Source: Candidatus Dormiibacterota bacterium
Lineage (GTDB): Bacteria; Chloroflexota; Dormibacteria; Aeolococcales; Aeolococcaceae
DNA: 64,000 bases
Direction of reading: 5' to 3'
Assembly: GCA_003153505.1 (NCBI GenBank)
Contig: PLZA01000067.1
Span: 5,229-69,228, forward strand
The notes under the pieces were generated by a model. That model had not been told where the DNA came from. It saw only the letters and a list, made by a program, of their open reading frames with translations, and made no database searches. Of this stretch, positions 56,939 to 64,000 are shown piece by piece. The position numbers and the translations under genes are program-made. Numbering within the stretch: the first letter of the stretch is position 1; every line of letters begins with the position of its first letter.

Positions 56939-59161
56939 CTACCCCACCGCGACGAGCGGCAGTGCAACTGTCAGATCCGGGCGCTCGACCACACGCATCG
57001 TGTCGTCGACAAAGCGCACCCGCTCGAACGTGATGCAGTTCACCGGGCAGTGGTCTTCGCAGATCCTGCAGTTGGTGCAGCGATCGTAGTTGATGTAGAT
57101 CTCGCCCTCGTACCCACCCGCCCCCGGCACACCTCCGGACGTCGTGCAGACGAGTGTCTCGCCGCCGGAGGAGCGCTCACGATCCTCACCGAAGACCACG
57201 ACGTCGATCGCCTTCTCGGGACACACGTCGTCGCACGCACCGCAGAGCACGCAGACCGTCTGGTCGTAGTGGTGTACCGAGTCGCACTGGAAGCAGCGGA
57301 TCGCCTGGACGATCGCGGTCTGATCGCTCCAGGACTGCTCGACCTCGGTCATGTCATATCGCTTCGCGGCCTCGAGGATGCCGGGTTCGACCCGCGCGAA
57401 CACCTCTGACTGACGATGATCGTCGGTCCGTTCGACGATGGTCTGGTAGATGCGCTCGCCGGCCGCTTGCATGTCCTCACCGAGGTACTCGCGAATCGAG
57501 CGGGCGACGCGATGCCCCCAGCCGGCCGCATCGACGATGAATGACGGCCCCTGGACGCAGTCACCGCCGCAGAAGAGCTTGGGCACGCCGGTGTGCCCAC
57601 CGCGATCCGCCGACAGCAGCCCGCGTTGTGTGACCGGAACGAGTTCGTCGGGCCGCTCCATGATCTGACCGGACGCGAAGATCACGTAGTCCGCCTTGAC
57701 GGTCCACCGCGGCACGTTCTCCTGCTCCTTCACGGACGAGAAGATGAGCTTGCCGTTGAGGGGATCGAACTGCAGGTCCTGCAGGGGGGCGAAGGAGACC
57801 GACTTGACGCTGCCCCGGTCATCGGCGTCGACCTGCTTGACGATGACGCCGCACTTGATGTGCAGCCCGATCTCCTTGGCTTCGTGAAGCTCATTGCCGA
57901 AGGCCGGCAGGCGATCCTCGGGCTCGATCGCGACCATCCACACATCCTTGGCGCCGAGCTTGATCGACGACTGGCAGGCATCCGTCGCGACCGCGCCACC
58001 GCCGACGACCACCACGGTACCCCCGATCGGGAAGTTCTCCGGGATCTTGTCGTACGACACTGTGCGCAGGAAGCTCATCGCGTCGGTGACCTCGGGCAGA
58101 TCGCTGCCCGGGATCGGCAGGATCCGACCCTTCATCATCCCGATGGAGAAGAACACCGCGTCGTACTCGTCGAGGAGATCCTTGGTCTTGATGTCGTCGG
58201 GGCCGCCGCCGATATTGCTGTTGAGACGGACGTCGATGCCCGTGGACAAGATCATGTCGAGCTCCCACTGGAGCTGGCGATGATCGAACCGGAACGGTGG
58301 AATCGAAGTGCTGAGCAGGCCACCGACCTTGGCCTCGCGCTCGTAGAGGGCGACGTCGTAGCCCTGCACGCGCAGGTCGAGCGCACATGTGAGCCCGGCG
58401 GGTCCGGCGCCGACGACCGCAACGCGCTTCCCCTTGGCAGGAGCGATCTTGTAGTTGATCCACAGGCCCTGCTGGAAGGCGAAATCGGTCGAGAATCGTT
58501 TGATGGATTTGATCGTCACCGGCTCCTCGCCGGGATCCCATCCGCGTTTGCAGTCGGTCTCGCACGGATGGTTGCAGAGCCTCCCGAGCATGCTCGGGAA
58601 GGGATTGGTCTCATGAATGACCGCCCACGAGTCCACGTACCGGCCCTGGCTGACGTAGTCGATGTAGGTCGCGATGTCCTGCCGGATGGGACAGTTGCGC
58701 TGGCAGGGCGTGATCGGGACGTTGAACCCGAGGTCGCGATGGCCGCTCATGATCTTCATCGGCGCCTTGTCGATGACGTTCTTCGCAATCGCACCGAGGA
58801 CGTGCGCGGCGCTCACCATGCCGACCGGGGCGCTGCGACGCGAGAAGACTCCACCAGCCGGCGCGGTGACGATCGCCGCCTCCCCACCGGATTGGCGCAT
58901 CAGGTCGGCGCCGCGCTCGATACGCTCGCCGAGATCGATCTCCGGCGCGGGACGCATGACATCGCGAACTCTGGTCTGGTCGAGCGCATCGAACCAGGAG
59001 ACGACCGCTTCGAGGCCGATGGTGCCAAGCACAGCGTCGCCGCGAACCACGAGCAGCGGCACCGGATCCTGAAGGCGGAGCACCGCCAGCACGTCGGCCA
59101 GCGTGTCCTCAGGGTCGCACTCAGCGCCGAGTGGAGAGGCGATGCTCTCCAGCTCAGGCAT
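56939..59161 (-). CDS. CBS-domain / GltD(SudA)-like FAD oxidoreductase / 2x[4Fe-4S] fusion
   Basis: N-terminal CBS-like pair; 'PCQRNCP...NPFP..GRLCNHPCETDC'; GAGPAG; GGGAVA; C-terminal 'CVLCGACDDVCP' and 'CTNCRICEDHCP'. Confidence 0.85.
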   Translation of the reverse strand: MPELESIASPLGAECDPEDTLADVLAVLRLQDPVPLLVVRGDAVLGTIGLEAVVSWFDALDQTRVRDVMRPAPEIDLGERIERGADLMRQSGGEAAIVTAPAGGVFSRRSAPVGMVSAAHVLGAIAKNVIDKAPMKIMSGHRDLGFNVPITPCQRNCPIRQDIATYIDYVSQGRYVDSWAVIHETNPFPSMLGRLCNHPCETDCKRGWDPGEEPVTIKSIKRFSTDFAFQQGLWINYKIAPAKGKRVAVVGAGPAGLTCALDLRVQGYDVALYEREAKVGGLLSTSIPPFRFDHRQLQWELDMILSTGIDVRLNSNIGGGPDDIKTKDLLDEYDAVFFSIGMMKGRILPIPGSDLPEVTDAMSFLRTVSYDKIPENFPIGGTVVVVGGGAVATDACQSSIKLGAKDVWMVAIEPEDRLPAFGNELHEAKEIGLHIKCGVIVKQVDADDRGSVKSVSFAPLQDLQFDPLNGKLIFSSVKEQENVPRWTVKADYVIFASGQIMERPDELVPVTQRGLLSADRGGHTGVPKLFCGGDCVQGPSFIVDAAGWGHRVARSIREYLGEDMQAAGERIYQTIVERTDDHRQSEVFARVEPGILEAAKRYDMTEVEQSWSDQTAIVQAIRCFQCDSVHHYDQTVCVLCGACDDVCPEKAIDVVVFGEDRERSSGGETLVCTTSGGVPGAGGYEGEIYINYDRCTNCRICEDHCPVNCITFERVRFVDDTMRVVERPDLTVALPLVAVG

Positions 59162-59645
59162 GGACGGCCACTCGTTGTGCGAGCGCGAAGTCAGCGACCT
59201 CGCGCGGCGTCACCATACCGACCACGGTCTCATCCTCGTGGGTGACGATTGCCAGCCGGCGTTCGTGCTGCGCCATCAGGGAGACGACCTCACTCAAGCG
59301 CTGATGTTCGTCCACCAGCAGCGGCGACGGGCGCAGCATGTTGCGCGCCTGCACATTCGTCGATGGCGGGCGCACGGCGAAGTCGCTGCCGGAGACCACG
59401 ATGTCACCGGCGATGAGGTGGTCGATGACGTCCTCTTTCGCCACGAAACCGACAGGGCGGCGGTCGACGAGGACGACGATCTCGCTCAGGATGTTGTCGG
59501 TGAGGAGCTTGGCGATGGCGTCGGCGGGTGTGCTCGGAAGGCAGAAGACGACCTCGTTTCGCATCACCGATCCGACCTCCGGGTCGCCCGGCTCGAGTGC
59601 CAGGCTGTCAGGGTCGAGGGAGGCCGAAATGGGGGCCGAGGTCAC
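59154..59645 (-). CDS. CBS domain pair protein
   Basis: 'VGSVMRNEVV', 'RPVGFVAKED', 'VVGMVTPRE'. Confidence 0.8.
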   Translation of the reverse strand: MTSAPISASLDPDSLALEPGDPEVGSVMRNEVVFCLPSTPADAIAKLLTDNILSEIVVLVDRRPVGFVAKEDVIDHLIAGDIVVSGSDFAVRPPSTNVQARNMLRPSPLLVDEHQRLSEVVSLMAQHERRLAIVTHEDETVVGMVTPREVADFALAQRVAVHA

Positions 59646-60337
59646 GCTCCCGCCTCTTGCGCCATCTGCTCCTGCAGCCGGCGAAGGACGTCCTGCCATG
59701 TCTCGGTCGTCTCCACGGGCCGAGCCTGGGCACGTGGAGCTGCGCGCTGAATCTTGGTGCGTGTCTTGGTGATCTCGCGCTCGCGCTTGCGATCCTGGAC
59801 CGACCGGGCGGACTCGACCGCCTGGCGAACCTCGGTCTCGACCTCGGCGATCTCCTCGGCCGAGGTGGCCGCACGCAGCGACCGGCCGAGGCGAGAGGTG
59901 ACGTCCGGGGGCAGCTGCGGACCCGCGTCGCGAAGCATGTCGCTGCCGCGACGGCGCAGGAGATCGAGCGCATGTGCGGCCCGGGCACGTTCGGCGTTGG
60001 ATGCGCGCTGCTGCTGGTACAACTCCATGCCGCTCGCGATCAACTGCGGGTACTGAAAGGCCTGACTGAACTTACCGGTGTTGATGCGCGCTGTGATCTC
60101 GTCGACCGAACGCTGCAATTCCTCGCGTGGCTCACCCTCGAGGCTGCCGAGCAGGTCGGCGAGGATCGGGCGCGCCTGTGCATACGCTCGCTTCACCCAC
60201 GCGGGAAGGTGATGGTGCGATGGCTCCGGCACCGGCGCCGGTGTCGTCGCCCGAGGAGCTCCGACTGGACGCACGATTGCCGGGAAGGCGGTCGTGAGGG
60301 GCGCCGGCTGCTGGCTGCGGGCCCTCGTCTGAATCAC
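59642..60337 (-). CDS. Hypothetical helical protein
   Basis: Long ORF, translationally coupled (GTGA overlap) to the CBS gene; start uncertain. Confidence 0.6.
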   Translation of the reverse strand: MIQTRARSQQPAPLTTAFPAIVRPVGAPRATTPAPVPEPSHHHLPAWVKRAYAQARPILADLLGSLEGEPREELQRSVDEITARINTGKFSQAFQYPQLIASGMELYQQQRASNAERARAAHALDLLRRRGSDMLRDAGPQLPPDVTSRLGRSLRAATSAEEIAEVETEVRQAVESARSVQDRKREREITKTRTKIQRAAPRAQARPVETTETWQDVLRRLQEQMAQEAGA

Positions 60338-60432
60338 TGCGATGCCAACATCGTACCCGGCTGCGGGGGGGTCGCGACTCCCCCGTATGTCGATTGACTC
60401 ACAATCCGGCCCCTGAGCATCCCATCCGGAGT

Positions 60433-61179
60433 CTAGCGAGCCTTCGCCACTCGATGTCGTGGGCCGGCGCGGGGCTTCGCAAGGCCAAGCTGGGCTGACG
60501 GACAGATGTCGGCCAGGACGCATTCGTGGCAGCGTGGCTTGTTGGCGATGCAGACCCGTCTGCCGTGGAGGATGAGACGCAGGCTCAGGCCGGTCCATTC
60601 ACTCGGAGGGACGATGCCGCACACGTCCTCCTCGATCTTCACCGGGTCGGATGAGCCGGTGAGCCGGAGCAGCCCCGTGAGCCGTGTCACGTGCGTGTCG
60701 ACAGCGAATCCCGGCTCGCCGAACGCGACGCCGAGCACCACGTTGGCAGTCTTGCGTCCGACACCGCGCAGCTCGACCAGGTCCTCCATCCGCGCCGGGA
60801 CCTCGCCGGCGTGCAGGAGCACGAGGTCCTGGCTCATCTCGCGGATTGCCCGTGCCTTGGAGCGAAAGAAGCCCGTCTTGTGAATGATCGCCTCGACGTC
60901 CGCTTCCTCGGCAACCGCGAGAGCCGCGACGGTCGGATAGCGCATGAACAACGTCGGGGTCACCGCGTTGACGTTGACGTCGGTGGTCTGAGCGCTGAGG
61001 ATCACGGAAACGAGGAGCTGCCAGGGACTGCCGAAGTCCAGCTCCGTATGCGCCGCACCGTACTCGAGCTTGAGACGCTCGACAACGATCGGCGCGCGTT
61101 CACGTGCTCCGGCGGGCAGCCGCCGCTTGCGCGGCTTCGGTCTTGGCTTCGATGCGGGCTTCGCTCCGGCGGCGCTCAC
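60433..61179 (-). CDS. nth: Endonuclease III
   Basis: 'LSAQTTD', HhH 'LRGVGRKTANVV', 'VDTHV', C-x6-C-x2-C-x5-C FeS motif. Confidence 0.96.
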   Translation of the reverse strand: MSAAGAKPASKPRPKPRKRRLPAGARERAPIVVERLKLEYGAAHTELDFGSPWQLLVSVILSAQTTDVNVNAVTPTLFMRYPTVAALAVAEEADVEAIIHKTGFFRSKARAIREMSQDLVLLHAGEVPARMEDLVELRGVGRKTANVVLGVAFGEPGFAVDTHVTRLTGLLRLTGSSDPVKIEEDVCGIVPPSEWTGLSLRLILHGRRVCIANKPRCHECVLADICPSAQLGLAKPRAGPRHRVAKAR

Positions 61180-61625
61180 CGTGCGTTCACCGTGACGCCA
61201 CGCATGCCGTCATGCACGCGCTCCAGCGCCAGTCCCGCAACCGCCCACAGCGGCGCGTAGTCCAATCGCGTCGCCCCGCCCGGCAGCACCCACCGCCCAT
61301 GCCCGCTGTAATCCCACGGAACCACCCCCACCGACCGCCGCAATGCGGTCCCGACCACGTACTCCACCCCCATGATCCCAATGGAGTAGGCGGCAGCACG
61401 CTGCCAGAGGGGCCGCCCACGCATCGAGTCGTGCATCGGCTCAAACAGGAAGGCGCTCAACCCGTAGATCGGCACCATCCAAAGATACGAGTGCCCCCGC
61501 AACCTCCAATCCCGCCGCAGCACGCTGTCACGAGCCCCAGTGAACATGACCTCACTCGCCACCCCGGCGACGCCATAGGCAAACGCCCGCTCCCACCTCC
61601 GCAACGACCGGTGACGAGCGTGCAT
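61176..61625 (-). CDS. Putative membrane protein (CmpB/DUF1113-like)
   Basis: 'GHSYLWMVPIYG', 'VEYVVG', 'PWDYS', 'RLDYAPLW'. Confidence 0.75.
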   Translation of the reverse strand: MHARHRSLRRWERAFAYGVAGVASEVMFTGARDSVLRRDWRLRGHSYLWMVPIYGLSAFLFEPMHDSMRGRPLWQRAAAYSIGIMGVEYVVGTALRRSVGVVPWDYSGHGRWVLPGGATRLDYAPLWAVAGLALERVHDGMRGVTVNAR

Positions 61626-61907
61626 AGCGATCGCATCCTACGCAGCACGAAGCAGGAACGGACCGACGGACCCAGCGGGTGGACAAACGATCCAAGGCGG
61701 GTGGCATCGCGGGGGGCAGCGCCGACCAGCGGGTGGGCGCCGAGAGTCGCGGTCCCAGAACGCCAGGCGCCCGAGCGGTCAGACCTCACCCGCAGATCGG
61801 CGAGGGGTCCCCGCGATGACAGGACCCGCCTCTGAGCGCCCGCTAGCCCGCGTCCTTGTTCCCGCTAGCCCGGGCCGCCATGCACGCTGCGTAGAATCGC
61901 GAACGAA

Positions 61908-62891
61908 GTGCGCACCAAGATCACTGTCGTCGGCGCCGGCAACGTGGGCGCCACCCTGGCCCAACGCGTCGCGGAACGCGATTACGCCGATGTCGTCCTC
62001 GTGGACATCGTCGAAGGTCTCCCGCAAGGCAAGGCGCTCGACATGCTCGAGTCCGGCCCGATCGTGGGGTATGACTCACTGGTCACCGGCACCAACGGGT
62101 ACGAGGACACGGCGGGATCGCAGGTCGTCGTGATCACCAGTGGCATCCCGCGTAAGCCTGGGATGTCACGCGACGACCTGGTGATGACCAACGCGAAGAT
62201 CGTGTCCGGCGTCGTCCGGCAGGTCGTCGCGCATTCCCCCGATTGCATCCTCATCGTCGTCGCCAACCCCGTCGACGGGATGACCCAGCTGTCGATGGCG
62301 GTTTCGCGTTTCCCCCGATCGCGTGTGATCGGCATGGCGGGGGTGCTCGACACCGCTCGCTATCGCACCTTCATCGCTCAGGAGCTTGATGCGTCGGTGC
62401 ACGACGTGCAGGCGTATGTGCTGGGCGGGCACGGGGACACCATGGTGCCGCTGACCAGATTGACCACTGTTGCCGGTATTCCGGCGGCGGATCTCATCCC
62501 CGCCGAACGTCTCGAGACCATCGTGCAGCGCGCTCGCGATGGCGGCGCGGAGATCGTGAACCTCCTGAAGACGGGCAGCGCCTTCTACGCACCGAGCGCA
62601 GCGGTGGCGCAGATGATCGATGCGATCGTCCTCGATACCCGCCAGGTGTTGCCCTGCACGGTGCATCTCGAGGGCGAATACGGCATCACCGGGCTGTTCA
62701 CCGGCGTTCCCTGCAGGCTCGGCGCCGGCGGGCTGGTGGACGTGGTCGACGTCGCCTTGACCGACGAGGAGCGAGCCGCGCTTCACCGCAGCGCCGCGGC
62801 GGTGCACCAGGTGGTCGAGGTCATGGACGCTCGCCGCGCCGAGATCGATCCGGCCCTCGGGTCGCTGACCGCCGGGATCAGGATCGGCTGA
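61908..62891 (+). CDS. mdh: Malate dehydrogenase (LDH-like)
   Basis: GAGNVG, 'QGKALD', '[11 protein letters not shown]', 'MAGVLDTAR', 'GGHGD', 'GSAFYAP'. Confidence 0.96.
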   Translation: MRTKITVVGAGNVGATLAQRVAERDYADVVLVDIVEGLPQGKALDMLESGPIVGYDSLVTGTNGYEDTAGSQVVVITSGIPRKPGMSRDDLVMTNAKIVSGVVRQVVAHSPDCILIVVANPVDGMTQLSMAVSRFPRSRVIGMAGVLDTARYRTFIAQELDASVHDVQAYVLGGHGDTMVPLTRLTTVAGIPAADLIPAERLETIVQRARDGGAEIVNLLKTGSAFYAPSAAVAQMIDAIVLDTRQVLPCTVHLEGEYGITGLFTGVPCRLGAGGLVDVVDVALTDEERAALHRSAAAVHQVVEVMDARRAEIDPALGSLTAGIRIG

Positions 62892-63540
62892 GCAACAGCT
62901 CCGGGGAGATCTCGGTCAAGGACTCGATGACCACGTGGGCGTGACTGATATCGCCCGCTAGCGCGCCTTCGGAGCGGAGGCCGATGCAGCGCATGCCCGC
63001 TGCAATAGCGGCGCTCACACCCACCGGTGAGTCCTCTATCGCGACGCAGCACGACGGCATGACGTCGAGCGCCCGCGCAGCGCTGATGTAGACAGCCGGG
63101 TCGGGCTTACCTCGCTCCTCGTCATCGGCACTGCAGACGGCATCGACGAGGTCGCCGATCCCCAGGCGTTCGACCACCGCGTCGATCAACGCTCGACTCG
63201 ACGACGACGCGATCGCCACGCGCAAGCCTGCATCACGCGCGACGTGGATCGCCTCCACTGCACCGGGCATCGGGACACCGCGGGCGCGCACGTGCTCGAC
63301 CATCTCGCGGATGATCTCGCGCTCGACGGCGCGCGGCCGGATGCCGTTCCAGGGCCGGATACGATAGCGGTAGTCGACGACCTCCTCGATGCGCATCCCC
63401 CAGGTCTCGCGCAATTGCGCGTCGGTCAGCTCGACGCCGACGCGTGCAAAGACGTCGTGCTCGGTCTCACGCCACACCGGCTCCGTGTCGATCAGGACTC
63501 CGTCCATGTCGAAGACGCAGGCGGTGGTCGTCCTCCCCAT
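62878..63540 (-). CDS. HAD-family phosphatase (HxpB-like)
   Basis: '[11 protein letters not shown]', 'ASSS', 'GKPDPAVY', 'EDS'. Confidence 0.92.
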   Translation of the reverse strand: MGRTTTACVFDMDGVLIDTEPVWRETEHDVFARVGVELTDAQLRETWGMRIEEVVDYRYRIRPWNGIRPRAVEREIIREMVEHVRARGVPMPGAVEAIHVARDAGLRVAIASSSSRALIDAVVERLGIGDLVDAVCSADDEERGKPDPAVYISAARALDVMPSCCVAIEDSPVGVSAAIAAGMRCIGLRSEGALAGDISHAHVVIESLTEISPELLLSRS

Positions 63541-63551
63541 GGCGGCTGATG

Positions 63552-63812
63552 CTACTCGTTCGGCCCCGGCGGAATGATCGTGGCGGGCCGGTCGGGATCG
63601 TCCTCGGGGCCAGGAGCGGACACGCTCGTGATTTCCGGCGGCTCACGCCGGTAGTGATTGCCGAAGATCGGACCGATGACGACCATCGTGTTGAGCAGCG
63701 CCTTCCGCGTCTCCGACTGCCCCCAGGCGGGCGTCCGCGAATAGAAGTAGAACCAGGCGAACACCACGATCATCACCACGACGATTGCGCTCAGGACGAC
63801 GGCGCCGATCAA
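63552..63812 (-). CDS. Small membrane-anchored hypothetical protein downstream of sdhB
   Basis: TTG start overlapping the sdhB stop; one TM segment 'AVVLSAIVVVMIVVFAWFYF'. Confidence 0.55.
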   Translation of the reverse strand: MIGAVVLSAIVVVMIVVFAWFYFYSRTPAWGQSETRKALLNTMVVIGPIFGNHYRREPPEITSVSAPGPEDDPDRPATIIPPGPNE

Positions 63813-64000
63813 TCCCCGTTGCGACCGAAGAGCTTTCGCCCGACGAAGCGGACCGGGTCCCAGTGCACGTCGGCCACACGCTCCTTGAGCGGGATGATCG
63901 CGTTGTCGGTGATGTGGATGTGCTCCGGACAAACCTCGGTGCAGCATTTGGTGATGTTGCAGTAGCCGAGACCGCCCTGGTCGCGCGTCTGATCGCGACG
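63809..64000 (-). CDS. sdhB: Succinate dehydrogenase/fumarate reductase Fe-S subunit, 3' end
   Basis: Manual translation 'GLGYCNITKCCTEVCPEHIHITDNAIIPLKER'; runs off the window end. Confidence 0.9.
   Translation of the reverse strand, partial: RRDQTRDQGGLGYCNITKCCTEVCPEHIHITDNAIIPLKERVADVHWDPVRFVGRKLFGRNGD

Noticed and set aside
52602..59245. Long antisense ORFs (52602-54551, 57593-59245 and similar)
   Set aside because: Shadows of well-supported genes on the opposite strand, as expected at high GC
60362..60387. G/C hairpin TGCGGGGGGGTCGCGACTCCCCCGTA as a terminator
   Set aside because: No U-tract, and the G-U pairs favour the strand opposite to local transcription; function unsupported

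Overview
High-GC bacterial DNA, probably from a monoderm soil organism. An LDH-like mdh, an Sdh1-type sdhB and sortase-like and lipoprotein signals are compatible with Dormibacterota, Chloroflexota or Actinomycetota; this taxonomy is inference only. The window has two parts. (1) About 1-51346 is a mosaic, IS-scarred accessory region whose right end abuts the 3' end of tRNA-Ser(GGA). It carries: stress genes and gene remnants (Hsp20, an eRF1-like fragment, an ice-binding protein fragment); a ~15 kb Wzx/Wzy exopolysaccharide locus with a rich tailoring set (JmjC cupin, GNAT, methyltransferase, APH-like kinase, deacetylase), ending in a secreted glycoside hydrolase under a c-di-GMP-I riboswitch; a GntR-linked catabolic module (malate synthase, GGCT-like protein, dihydropyrimidinase, HcnABC/Oox-like three-subunit dehydrogenase, DapA-like enzyme) plus an Opp transporter operon with a DPP-IV-like peptidase and DUF885, sharing a TGGATCC motif in their promoters; IS21, IS701, IS5, IS256 and IS3 copies or remnants; a decayed defence-like block (type III Mod pseudogene, HEPN-like fragment, YaaC); and two intact tyrosine integrases, one of which ends in an apparently unused tRNA-Leu attP core. 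(2) About 51347-64000 looks like core chromosome: two tRNA-Ser genes, an ABC exporter, a phytoene-desaturase-like oxidoreductase, tadA, a CBS-GltD-ferredoxin fusion, nth, mdh, a HAD phosphatase and the 3' end of sdhB. All calls come from reading motifs by eye; no database searches were run.
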